Made by a program: the position numbers and the translations under genes. A stretch of 32,000 nt of DNA from assembly GCF_000179635.2 (NCBI RefSeq), contig NC_014833.1:3510001-3542000 (forward strand), given 5' to 3'. Positions 16,699 to 25,660 of this stretch are shown piece after piece. The number at the start of each line of letters is the position of its first letter. The stretch's first letter is position 1. Below the pieces are notes generated by a model. It had not been told where the DNA came from, did not search any database, and saw only the letters and a program-made list of their open reading frames with translations. This DNA comes from Ruminococcus albus 7 = DSM 20455 (GTDB lineage: Bacteria; Bacillota; Clostridia; Oscillospirales; Ruminococcaceae).

Positions 16699-17408
16699 TG
16701 GGCTCAAGAATGATGCATTACGCTCTGGGCAAGACACTGGCTGAAAGGCTTTGCACAGAGGACAAAGAGGGCTTCATACTGGGGAGCATTCTCCCCGATG
16801 CCCTGCCCCCCGATAAAAAACATGACTGCAACTGCCACTACATAACCCTGTTCGATGACGGCAGATATAAGTGGTTCGACAGCTTGCAGTTCTATAATGA
16901 GTATGAAAAAGAGATAAAGTCAGATGCCATATATCTCGGCTATTATTTCCACCTCATATCCGATAATGTTTTCAGGCAGATATTCTATATCGACCTCGGA
17001 CTTATCAAACGCCGCGGCGAAAAAAGCCTGTTTCAGGAATTATATCGTGATTACAATATACTGAATCGACATATAGCTGACTTCTATCATATGGAAAAAG
17101 ACATTAGTGTTCCGGACCGGCTGAGGGATACTGCACTTTTCAAAAGATTCGGATTTGAGCCCGAAGTGCTCATAAAGGATATCTACAGCGATATCGACTC
17201 ACACTACGAGGGCAACACGATGCATTTTGATATGGATGTCGTAAGGCGGTTCGTCGATGAAAGCTCAGCCCTTTGCATTAAAGAGCTTGAAGCTGTGAAG
17301 AACGGCGCTCACGCATACGATAGATACATGATGGCGATAGAGAACCATTATTCGGATAAAAAAACAGGAGAAACACCAGATGAAAAAAGCAATACTGTTC
17401 GACCTTGA
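16698..17408 (+). CDS. Hypothetical His-rich metal-dependent hydrolase-like protein (zinc phospholipase C-like motif pattern)
   Basis: The ATG overlaps the fabH stop (TGATG). The spaced motifs 'HYALGK', 'GSILPDA', 'HDCNCHY' and 'YYFHLISD' resemble the His/Asp pattern of zinc-dependent PLC-like hydrolases. The family assignment is tentative. Confidence 0.6.
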   Translation: MGSRMMHYALGKTLAERLCTEDKEGFILGSILPDALPPDKKHDCNCHYITLFDDGRYKWFDSLQFYNEYEKEIKSDAIYLGYYFHLISDNVFRQIFYIDLGLIKRRGEKSLFQELYRDYNILNRHIADFYHMEKDISVPDRLRDTALFKRFGFEPEVLIKDIYSDIDSHYEGNTMHFDMDVVRRFVDESSALCIKELEAVKNGAHAYDRYMMAIENHYSDKKTGETPDEKSNTVRP

Positions 17409-18024
17409 CGGCACCCTCTGGGATTCATCAGAACAGGTAGTCAGGGCATGGAACAAGTGCATACGCGAAAAAACAGGCAGAGAGGAACAGATAACATCCG
17501 AGTTCATGCGATCGCAGTGCATGGGAAAGACACTTCCCGAAATAGCGGCTCTCATATTCCCCGATATGGATGAATCCGAGAGGATAAGTATACTGAAAAT
17601 GTGTTCGGATGACGAGCTTGACTATCTGAACAGTCTTAAAAAGGGTCTGCCGACCCTTTATCCCGATGAATGCGATATCATACGATCGCTTGCAAAGGAA
17701 TACACACTGGGCATAGTCAGCAACTGTCAGTCGGGATATATAGAGGTATACCTTTCGCAGATAGGTTTTGCCGAATGCTTTTCGGATATCGAATGCGAGG
17801 GCAATACAGGTCTTTCAAAGGGCAGGAATATCCGCCTTGTTATGGAAAGACAGGGCATTGAAGAATGTGTATACGTGGGCGATACTCAGGGCGATGCCAA
17901 TGCCGCAAAGGAAGCAGGAGTCCCCTTTATACACGCGGCTTACGGCTTCGGCAAGGCAGACAGCTGTGCGGCTGTGCTCGATGACATAAGAAAGCTGCCG
18001 GAGATCGTAAAAGATCTGCTTTAA
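17380..18024 (+). CDS. HAD-IA family phosphatase (phosphoglycolate phosphatase-like)
   Basis: Motif I 'ILFDLDGTLWDS', motif II 'GIVSN', motifs III/IV 'K...YVGDTQGDANAAKEAG'. The first 29 nt overlap the preceding gene. SD CAGGAG lies upstream. Confidence 0.85.
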   Translation: MKKAILFDLDGTLWDSSEQVVRAWNKCIREKTGREEQITSEFMRSQCMGKTLPEIAALIFPDMDESERISILKMCSDDELDYLNSLKKGLPTLYPDECDIIRSLAKEYTLGIVSNCQSGYIEVYLSQIGFAECFSDIECEGNTGLSKGRNIRLVMERQGIEECVYVGDTQGDANAAKEAGVPFIHAAYGFGKADSCAAVLDDIRKLPEIVKDLL

Positions 18025-18040
18025 GTAACGGTATATGACA

Positions 18041-18068
18041 TTTACAATAAACATAAAAACATTACAAT
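18041..18068 (+). promoter_or_regulatory. Possible internal promoter before fabK
   Basis: TTTACA 18041-18046, 16-nt spacer, TACAAT 18063-18068, in the 68-nt AT-rich gap before fabK. AT-richness makes a chance match plausible. Confidence 0.3.
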
Positions 18069-18092
18069 ATATTATAAAGTGAGGTAAGTAGA

Positions 18093-19031
18093 ATGACTAC
18101 CACAAAAACAAGGATAACCGAGCTTCTCGGTGTAAAGTACCCCATACTTCAAGGCGGCATGGCATGGATAGCTGAACATACCCTTGCAAGTGCCGTAACA
18201 AATGCAGGCGGCGCAGGTATAATCGCAGGCGGTTCTGCACCTATAGACTATCTTCGTGAGCAGATAAGGCTTACAAAAGAGGCTGTTGGCGACAAGCCTT
18301 TCGGCGTGAACATCATGCTGATGAGCCCCAATGCGGAAGACCTTGCAAAACTGGTCATCGAAGAGGGCGTACCTTTCGTAACAACAGGTGCGGGCAATCC
18401 CGGAAAGTTCATGGAGGGCTGGAAAAATGCAGGTATAAAGGTAATACCCGTAGTTCCCTCTGTTGCACTGGCAAAGAGAATGGAAAGAAGCGGTGCTGAC
18501 GCAGTTATCGCTGAGGGTACCGAATCCGGCGGACATATCGGTGAGAACACAACCATGTGCCTTGTACCTCAGGTAGTCGATGCAGTTGAGATACCTGTTA
18601 TCGCCGCAGGCGGCATAGCTGACGGCAGAGGTATCTGCGCAAGCTTCATGCTGGGTGCTGAGGGCGTACAGGTAGGTACACGTTTCCTTGCGGCTGAGGA
18701 GTGTCAGATACACCCCACCTACAAGGATCTGGTCGTAAAGGCTAAGGACACCGACAGCGTAGTTACAGGACGTACAACAGGTCATCCTTGCAGAAACGTA
18801 AAGACAAAGTTCTTGAAACAGCTGGCTAAGCGTGAGATGGAGGGCGGTATCGACCCCGACGAGTTCGAGAAGATAACCCTCGGCGCACTGAGAAAGGCTG
18901 TTCAGGACGGCAACCTCGATGAGGGTTCATTCCTCTGCGGCGCTATCGCAGGCATGGTAAACGAAGTAAAGCCTGCAAAGGATATAATCGAAGAAATGTT
19001 TGCTCAGGCTGAGAGGATATTCAATTCATAA
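18093..19031 (+). CDS. fabK: Enoyl-ACP reductase II (FMN-dependent, NPD family)
   Basis: 'LGVKYPILQGGMAWI', 'VIAEGTESGGHIG', 'PVIAAGGIADGRG', and position inside the fab cluster. Confidence 0.9.
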   Translation: MTTTKTRITELLGVKYPILQGGMAWIAEHTLASAVTNAGGAGIIAGGSAPIDYLREQIRLTKEAVGDKPFGVNIMLMSPNAEDLAKLVIEEGVPFVTTGAGNPGKFMEGWKNAGIKVIPVVPSVALAKRMERSGADAVIAEGTESGGHIGENTTMCLVPQVVDAVEIPVIAAGGIADGRGICASFMLGAEGVQVGTRFLAAEECQIHPTYKDLVVKAKDTDSVVTGRTTGHPCRNVKTKFLKQLAKREMEGGIDPDEFEKITLGALRKAVQDGNLDEGSFLCGAIAGMVNEVKPAKDIIEEMFAQAERIFNS

Positions 19032-19054
19032 AACACATAGCGAGGAAAGAGCAT

Positions 19055-19528
19055 ATGTCTGAAGAAAGGCAGCTGAGTTTTAGATTTTGCCCCATATGCG
19101 GCGGTGAGCTGATAACGGGACGAATGGATTTCCCCATCAGCAATGATGATCTTTTCGGAAGAACTTATCATCGTATAGGCAACGGGTATTACGATATTAG
19201 CAATTCTTACTACCATATAGAAGGCAGATATCTCTGGGAATGGCGTCCCGATGAAACAGAGGGCTATATTTCAGCTCCCGAAGAGGATGACTCCGATGCG
19301 GATGATTTTTACGAGAATCCGTTGGATCAGGATGAGCTTTATAAAATAAAAGCGTTTGCAGGCGGTCTTCCAATACTCGAAAAGTATGGAGAAACTGAAA
19401 AAAGCGAAGTGTTCTGCGAGGTAGACTGTCGTGAAACTCTGCCTATAATAGCAGGCTACTGCGAGATTTGCGGTAAAGTCTTTCCGGAGCTTGACGTTTC
19501 AAAATTCAACGATAACGGAACTATATAA
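19055..19528 (+). CDS. Hypothetical protein with split zinc-ribbon (CPICG ... CEICG) and acidic centre
   Basis: 157-aa ORF with a good SD (GAGGA, 8-nt spacing). 'CPICGGEL' lies at residues 12-19 and 'CEICGKVF' near the C-terminus. I recognise no family. Confidence 0.65.
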   Translation: MSEERQLSFRFCPICGGELITGRMDFPISNDDLFGRTYHRIGNGYYDISNSYYHIEGRYLWEWRPDETEGYISAPEEDDSDADDFYENPLDQDELYKIKAFAGGLPILEKYGETEKSEVFCEVDCRETLPIIAGYCEICGKVFPELDVSKFNDNGTI

Positions 19529-19549
19529 ATATAAACGGAGGATATTAAA

Positions 19550-20284
19550 ATGGCAACTGCATTTATTACAGGTTCGGCAAGAGGTATCGGTGCGGCTATC
19601 GCACTGAGACTTGCCAAGGACGGATTTGATATAGCTCTCAATGATATCAGCGAGGCTATGTTTGAGGATAACGACATAATGGAAAAGATAGCGGCTGAGG
19701 GCGTTAAGGTACAGAAGTTCATATGCGATGTATCCAACTACGCTCAGGCTGAGGAAACTGTAAAGGCTATCAAGGCTGAGTTCGGCACTATAGATGTACT
19801 GGTAAACAACGCAGGCATCACAAGGGACGGTCTTATGGCGAGAATGAGCGAGGAACAGTACGACCTGGTAGTTGCTGTTAACCAGAAGAGCGTATTCAAT
19901 ATGTCCAAGTTCGTGGGCAACGTTATGATGAGACAGAAGTCGGGCAGGATAATCAATCTGGCTTCTGTGGCAGGCGTTTACGGCAACCCCGGACAGATAA
20001 ACTATTCGGCAACAAAGGCAGCTATCATCGGCATGACCAAGACTGTTGCCAAGGAGCTGGGCTCACGCGGCGTAACCTGCAACGCGGTAGCACCCGGATT
20101 CATAAAGACACCTATGACAGACAAACTGACCGATGACCAGAAGAACGCTATGCTCGGACAGATAGCTATGAAGCGTTTCGGTGAAGTAGAGGATATCGCA
20201 GGCGTGGTATCTTTCTTAGCTTCCAAGGATGCGGCCTATGTTACGGGTCAGGTCATCGAAATAAGCGGCGGCATAATGATGTAA
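19550..20284 (+). CDS. fabG: 3-oxoacyl-ACP reductase
   Basis: 'ITGSARGIGAAIA', 'NNAGITRD', catalytic 'YSATKAA'. SD GGAGGA lies upstream. Confidence 0.95.
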   Translation: MATAFITGSARGIGAAIALRLAKDGFDIALNDISEAMFEDNDIMEKIAAEGVKVQKFICDVSNYAQAEETVKAIKAEFGTIDVLVNNAGITRDGLMARMSEEQYDLVVAVNQKSVFNMSKFVGNVMMRQKSGRIINLASVAGVYGNPGQINYSATKAAIIGMTKTVAKELGSRGVTCNAVAPGFIKTPMTDKLTDDQKNAMLGQIAMKRFGEVEDIAGVVSFLASKDAAYVTGQVIEISGGIMM

Positions 20285-20311
20285 CAGGATATAAAGCAAG
20301 GAGTGTTTGAA

Positions 20312-21547
20312 TTGAGCAGAAGAGTAGTTATAACGGGTATGGGTACTGTTAACCCTCTCGGCAAGAATGTAGATGAGTTCTGGGAGAATATAAAGGCTAA
20401 TAAGATAGGTCTCAGCTATGTAGACCAGTTCGATGCCAGCGATTTTCCCGTCAAGATAGTAGGCGCTGTAAAGGATTTTGACCCTTCGGCTTATATCGAC
20501 AAGAAGGAAGCCCGCAGAATGGACAGATTCACACAGTTCGCACTGTATTCTGCCAAGCAGGCGCTTGAGAATGCAGGCAGCGACCTGAAGGATATCGACC
20601 CTTACCGTGTAGGTGTTATAATCGGTGTAGGTATCGGCGGACTTAACCTCACAGAGGCTGAGGTAACAAAGTTCAACGAGAAGCCCGACAAGGTATCGGT
20701 ATTCTTTATCCCCATGATGATAGGCAATATGGCAGCAGGTACTGTTGCTATGAAGACAGGCTTCAAGGGCGACAACTACTGTACCACAACAGCCTGTGCA
20801 TCTGCTACACACGCTATCGGTGAAGCTTTCAGAAAGATAAAGGACGGCTATCTGGATGCCTGCATATGCGGCGGTTCAGAGGCTTGTATCTCCAGATTCT
20901 CACTGAGCGGCTTCAACAACATGAAGGCACTTTCTCAGGCTACCGAGCTTGATAAGGCTTCAACTCCTTTTGATGCCCACAGACAGGGCTTCGTTCTCGG
21001 TGAGGGCGCAGGTATGCTGGTGCTGGAAGAGTATGAGCACGCTAAGGCAAGAGGCGCCAATATCATCGCTGAGATAGCAGGCTACGGCGCATCCGGAGAT
21101 GCTTTCCACATGACAAGCCCCTCCCCCGAAGGCGATGCTGCAGCACACGCTATGAAGATGGCTTATACCGAGGCAGGACTTGCACCCGAGGACGTTACAT
21201 ATATCAACGCTCACGGTACTTCCACAGGTCTTAACGACAAGTACGAGACCAAGGCTGTTAAGCTGGCTCTCGGTGAAGAAGCTGCAAGAAAGACTGTTAT
21301 TAATTCCACAAAGTCCATGATAGGACACCTGCTGGGTGCTGCAGGCGGCGTTGAAGCTATCATCACCGCACTGTCTGTAAAGAACGACTTCGTTCACAGA
21401 ACAGTAGGTTATACCACCCCCGACCCCGAGTGCGACCTCGATTATGTTACCGAGGGCAACCGCGAGATGACTGTGAAAGCAGCCCTTTCAAACTCGCTGG
21501 GCTTCGGCGGACACAATGCTACTATTTGTATTAAGAAATGTGATTGA
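20312..21547 (+). CDS. fabF: 3-oxoacyl-ACP synthase II
   Basis: 'RRVVITGMG', the Cys in 'TTACASATHAIG', 'HGTSTGLND', 'KSMIGHLLGAAG'. The TTG at 20312 is preferred over the GTG at 20303, which overlaps the SD AAGGAG at 20298-20303. Confidence 0.93.
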   Translation: MSRRVVITGMGTVNPLGKNVDEFWENIKANKIGLSYVDQFDASDFPVKIVGAVKDFDPSAYIDKKEARRMDRFTQFALYSAKQALENAGSDLKDIDPYRVGVIIGVGIGGLNLTEAEVTKFNEKPDKVSVFFIPMMIGNMAAGTVAMKTGFKGDNYCTTTACASATHAIGEAFRKIKDGYLDACICGGSEACISRFSLSGFNNMKALSQATELDKASTPFDAHRQGFVLGEGAGMLVLEEYEHAKARGANIIAEIAGYGASGDAFHMTSPSPEGDAAAHAMKMAYTEAGLAPEDVTYINAHGTSTGLNDKYETKAVKLALGEEAARKTVINSTKSMIGHLLGAAGGVEAIITALSVKNDFVHRTVGYTTPDPECDLDYVTEGNREMTVKAALSNSLGFGGHNATICIKKCD

Positions 21548-21568
21548 TCACAGGAGGAGAATCCACTG

Positions 21569-22039
21569 ATGAGTGAAAAGATATACGGTCAGTTTGACCT
21601 TGAAACAATTGAGAAACTTGCTGATATAATAAATTCCAAAGAACTTTCAGAGCTGACGATCACTGACGGCGATAAGACCATCACTCTAAAGGGCAAGAGG
21701 TGCGTTCCTGCACCTGCCCCCATACCTGTGATGCCCCCAATGGGCGCACCTATGGGTGGTATACCTGCACCTGCAGGCAGTGATATCCCTGCACCTGCTG
21801 TATCGGGCATACAGGTGACCGCACCGATAGTAGGTACATTCTATGCCGCACCCTCACCCGACAGCAAGCCTTTTGTAAAGGTAGGCGACAGGGTAAAGAA
21901 GGGCGATGTTATATTCATCATCGAATCCATGAAGGTAATGAGCGAAGTGCCCAGCGAATTCGACGGTGTTGTAAAAGAGATCTGCGTACAGAACGGCGAT
22001 GCTGTTGAGTTCGGACAGACCGTTATGATACTGGAGTAA
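21569..22039 (+). CDS. accB: Biotin carboxyl carrier protein of acetyl-CoA carboxylase
   Basis: Pro/Ala-rich linker, biotinyl-lysine motif 'IIESMKVMSEV' and C-terminal lipoyl-like fold residues. SD AGGAGGAG lies upstream. Confidence 0.92.
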   Translation: MSEKIYGQFDLETIEKLADIINSKELSELTITDGDKTITLKGKRCVPAPAPIPVMPPMGAPMGGIPAPAGSDIPAPAVSGIQVTAPIVGTFYAAPSPDSKPFVKVGDRVKKGDVIFIIESMKVMSEVPSEFDGVVKEICVQNGDAVEFGQTVMILE

Positions 22040-22103
22040 GTTTCCTTGCATTAAGTTGAAAGGAAATGATCCACTTTATTGGTAGATCTTTCAGGGTAAA
22101 AAA

Positions 22104-22913
22104 ATGAAAACTTTTAGTTTATTGAACTCAAATACAATTAAATATAAATTCTTGTGCACGGTATATAATCTTATTGCTTTGGTTTCATGTTTCATTATTA
22201 TCAGAATTATACCAAGTATAATTCTGACTTTAATAACCCCGATTGTGGCAGCAAAGTTGGTGTCAAATGCAGAAACTAAACTGGCATATGATATGCGGGT
22301 GGATTTGGGAAATAAAAAAGATTTAAAAAGAGCTCGGATATTTTCATTTATCTCATTTATCTTATTTCTGCTGAATTTGGCAGTCTTTTTTAATACTTTT
22401 ATGACTGTGTTTGCTTTTCTTTTTTTCATAGACCTTATTTTTCTGCCTTTTACAGGGGGAAAATTGTTGCTATCGGACGATATGTCGAATACGATGAACG
22501 TATTATTCCTGATCAGTCCGGCGATCATTATATACGACATATCTCTGACCTGTTTCAACAGCAGCACCCGTAAAAAGATCGCAGAACAAAATGAAGCTGA
22601 GATACAGAACAAAGCCGAAGATACATCCGATAACTTGAATCAAGATCTGTTGCCTGACTACTATACATTAGAAAAAATGCATCTCACTGACCTTGATGCT
22701 ATCTTTGACGGCAAAAGCGCAGAAGAAGCTCATATAGCTTATGACGCTGACAAGGTCAGAGATAAGGCAATGCTGAGATATCAGAAAGAAGTTGAAGCGC
22801 TTTGGGATTCAGACAAGCGCAGGAAAATGCAGGAGAACATACCACATCCCGCCGAACAGGATATACAGGTCAACAATGTGAACTCTCTCTTCGACGGTGA
22901 CAAAAAAACATAA
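22104..22913 (+). CDS. Hypothetical multi-pass membrane protein with charged C-terminal domain, AT-rich gene
   Basis: The 269-codon ORF is open despite very AT-rich DNA. There are four to five hydrophobic segments in the first ~165 aa, then an acidic/charged ~100-aa tail. It is co-directional with the operon, has a weak SD (AGGGT), and I recognise no family. Confidence 0.6.
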   Translation: MKTFSLLNSNTIKYKFLCTVYNLIALVSCFIIIRIIPSIILTLITPIVAAKLVSNAETKLAYDMRVDLGNKKDLKRARIFSFISFILFLLNLAVFFNTFMTVFAFLFFIDLIFLPFTGGKLLLSDDMSNTMNVLFLISPAIIIYDISLTCFNSSTRKKIAEQNEAEIQNKAEDTSDNLNQDLLPDYYTLEKMHLTDLDAIFDGKSAEEAHIAYDADKVRDKAMLRYQKEVEALWDSDKRRKMQENIPHPAEQDIQVNNVNSLFDGDKKT

Positions 22914-22945
22914 TATAAACACTTAATAAAACGGAGGAATAGATA

Positions 22946-23377
22946 ATGGCAGTTCTTATGAACAAAGAACAGATAATGGAAGTTATCCCTCACCGCGACC
23001 CTTTTCTGCTCATTGATGAGATAAATGAGCTGGAAGTCGGCAAGAGGGTAAAAGCTACAAAGTATATAAAGGAAGATGATTTCTGGTTCAAGGGACATTT
23101 CCCCCAGTACCCCGTAACACCCGGTGTGCTTATGGTTGAGATGTGCGCACAGGCAGGTGCGGTGGCACTGCTTGCTCTCCCCGAGAATAAGGGCAAGATA
23201 GGATTCTTCGGCGGCATCAATGACTGCAAGTTCCGTCAGCAGGTAGTACCGGGCGATACGCTGGAGATAGAGGTTGAGATAATCAAGGTCAAGGGTCCTA
23301 TCGGTGTGGGCAAAGCACTGGCTACCGTTGGCGGCAAGAAGGCTGTTTCATGCGAGATAACCTTTGCGATAAAATAG
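22946..23377 (+). CDS. fabZ: 3-hydroxyacyl-ACP dehydratase
   Basis: 'IPHRDPFLLID' and 'GHFPQYPVTPGVLMVEMCAQ'. SD GGAGGA lies upstream. Confidence 0.95.
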   Translation: MAVLMNKEQIMEVIPHRDPFLLIDEINELEVGKRVKATKYIKEDDFWFKGHFPQYPVTPGVLMVEMCAQAGAVALLALPENKGKIGFFGGINDCKFRQQVVPGDTLEIEVEIIKVKGPIGVGKALATVGGKKAVSCEITFAIK

Positions 23378-23396
23378 TCTTTGAAGGAGCATAAAT

Positions 23397-24767
23397 ATGT
23401 TTAAGAAGATCCTTATAGCCAACCGCGGCGAGATAGCGGTGCGCGTTATCCGCGCTGCCCGTGAGCTGGGCATAAAGACTGTTGCTGTCTATTCTACTGC
23501 GGATAAGAACGCTCTCCACGCTATGATCGCAGACGAGGCTATATGTATAGGCGGCGCACAGAGCAAGGACAGCTACCTTAATGTACGCGCGATAATATCT
23601 GCCTGTGAGATAACAGGCGCTGAGGCTATACACCCCGGCTTCGGATTTCTGTCAGAGAACCCCGCATTTGCCAGAATGTGCGAGAAGTGCGGCATAGTAT
23701 TCATAGGTCCACGCGCCACATCCATTGAGATGCTGGGCGACAAGGCTCAGGCAAAGGAGACCATGAAGGAAAACGGCGTACCCGTAATAATGGGCAGTGA
23801 CGGCGCTATATCCAATATACACGCCGCAAAGACCCTTTCACGCGACCTGGGATATCCTGTACTTGTAAAGGCTTCAGCAGGCGGCGGCGGACGCGGCATA
23901 CGCATAGTGCGCAGTGAAGACGAGCTGGAGTCACAAATGAAGGCTGCAAAGCAGGAAGCTCTTGCGTGCTTCGGCAACGATGAGGTATACATAGAGAAAT
24001 TTATCGAGAATCCAAAGCATATCGAAATACAGATACTGGCTGACGATTACGGTGATGTTATATATCTCGGAGAGAGAGACTGCTCTATGCAGAGAAGAAA
24101 CCAGAAGGTGCTTGAAGAAGCTCCCTCCCCTGCCCCATTCATGACTCAGGAACTCCGTGAAAGAATGGGCAAGGCAGCTGTTACCGCGGCAAGAGTATGC
24201 GGTTACAGAAATGCAGGTACTATAGAATTCCTTGTAGATAAGAACGGTGATTTCTATTTTATGGAAATGAATACCCGTATACAGGTAGAACACCCCATAA
24301 CCGAGGCTGTAACAGGCATTGACCTTGTTAAGCAGCAGCTGCTCATAGCTTCGGGTGAAAGACTCACCATAAAGCAGGAGGACGTAAAGCTGACAGGTCA
24401 CGCTATCGAGTGCCGTATAAATGCCGAAGATCCCTCAAAGGATTTCAGACCGTCTCCCGGTAAGATAAACTCAATGTTCATCCCCGGCGGATTCGGTGTG
24501 CGAGTGGATACAGCGGCATATTCCGGATACGAGATACCGCCCTATTATGATTCCATGATAGGCAAGCTGATAGTGCATGGCAAGAACAGAGAGGAAGCTA
24601 TCGCCAAGATGAACTGGGCACTTGCCGAGTTCATAGTTGACGGTGTTGCAACCAATGTTGATTTCCAGCTGAAGCTTATACGCCGCCCCGAATTTATCGC
24701 GGGCGATTACGATAACGGTTTTCTTAACCGCACTGACATCTTAGCTGATGAGAGAGGTGAAGACTGA
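23397..24767 (+). CDS. accC: Acetyl-CoA carboxylase biotin carboxylase subunit
   Basis: 'KILIANRGEIAVRVIRA', 'KASAGGGGRGIRIV', 'EMNTRIQVEHPITE'. Confidence 0.96.
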   Translation: MFKKILIANRGEIAVRVIRAARELGIKTVAVYSTADKNALHAMIADEAICIGGAQSKDSYLNVRAIISACEITGAEAIHPGFGFLSENPAFARMCEKCGIVFIGPRATSIEMLGDKAQAKETMKENGVPVIMGSDGAISNIHAAKTLSRDLGYPVLVKASAGGGGRGIRIVRSEDELESQMKAAKQEALACFGNDEVYIEKFIENPKHIEIQILADDYGDVIYLGERDCSMQRRNQKVLEEAPSPAPFMTQELRERMGKAAVTAARVCGYRNAGTIEFLVDKNGDFYFMEMNTRIQVEHPITEAVTGIDLVKQQLLIASGERLTIKQEDVKLTGHAIECRINAEDPSKDFRPSPGKINSMFIPGGFGVRVDTAAYSGYEIPPYYDSMIGKLIVHGKNREEAIAKMNWALAEFIVDGVATNVDFQLKLIRRPEFIAGDYDNGFLNRTDILADERGED

Positions 24768-25660
24768 TGCAGTTTGAGGACTTTTTCTCTGTTGTAAGGG
24801 AACGTCTCGGAAATGACAAGAATGACGAGAACTCGTCAAGGAAAAAGACGGATATCCCCACAGGACTGCTTTTCAAATGCCCCCGATGCAGGAACGTTAC
24901 CTTCATCGAGGAATTCAACCAGAACGGCAAGGTATGCCCCAACTGTAATTATCACTCACGTCTTTCAGCTAAGGAAAGACTGAAGATAACCGTCGATGAC
25001 GGAAGCTTCCGTGAGTTCGACAGAAAAATGATATCCAAGAACCCCATAAACTTCCCCGGATATGACAACAAACAGAAGGAGCTCCGCGAAAAGACAGGGC
25101 TCACCGATGCTGTACTCACAGGCAGGGCAAAGATACGCGGACTGGATATCGTTATAATAGTTATGGATTCAAACTATATGATGGCTTCAATGGGAAGTGT
25201 AGTAGGCGAGAGGATAACCCGTGCCATAGAGTACGCTACCGCCCATAAACTCCCTGTTATCGCCTTTACAGCTTCAGGCGGTGCCAGAATGCAGGAGGGT
25301 ATAGTATCCCTTATGCAGATGGCTAAGACCTCCGGCGCTGTTGCAAGGCACAACGAGGCAGGCGGACTTTATATATCAGTAATGACTGACCCCACAACAG
25401 GCGGCGTTACCGCAAGCTTCGCATCCCTGGGCGATATAATCATAGCCGAGCCCAAGGTGCTTATCGGCTTTGCAGGCAGACGTGTCATTGAGGGCACTAT
25501 CAAGCAGAAGCTCCCCGATGATTTCCAGTCGGCTGAATTCATGCTTGAAAACGGATTTGTTGATATGATAGTCGAGCGCAACAAGATGAGGAGAGTGCTT
25601 GCACACCTCATCAAGCTCCACAAAAGTCCCGAGGTAAAGGAGGTCGCTGAAAATGAGTGA
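24767..25660 (+). CDS. accD: Acetyl-CoA carboxylase carboxyltransferase beta subunit
   Basis: N-terminal zinc finger 'CPRCRNV...CPNCNYH' and 'GGARMQEG'. The start overlaps the accC stop (TGATG). Confidence 0.94.
   Translation: MQFEDFFSVVRERLGNDKNDENSSRKKTDIPTGLLFKCPRCRNVTFIEEFNQNGKVCPNCNYHSRLSAKERLKITVDDGSFREFDRKMISKNPINFPGYDNKQKELREKTGLTDAVLTGRAKIRGLDIVIIVMDSNYMMASMGSVVGERITRAIEYATAHKLPVIAFTASGGARMQEGIVSLMQMAKTSGAVARHNEAGGLYISVMTDPTTGGVTASFASLGDIIIAEPKVLIGFAGRRVIEGTIKQKLPDDFQSAEFMLENGFVDMIVERNKMRRVLAHLIKLHKSPEVKEVAENE

Noticed and set aside
22041-22066. Hairpin after accB as an operon-internal terminator
   Set aside because: It has only a 7-bp AT-rich stem with a 12-nt loop and no downstream U-tract, so it is unlikely to terminate transcription.
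22091-22612. 173-aa ORF antisense to the AT-rich membrane-protein gene
   Set aside because: It is a low-complexity Lys/Asn/Ile-rich translation running against the operon. It lies in the antisense frame whose stop codons are suppressed by the Tyr/His/Gln-poor hydrophobic sense sequence. It has no SD and is best explained as a shadow ORF.
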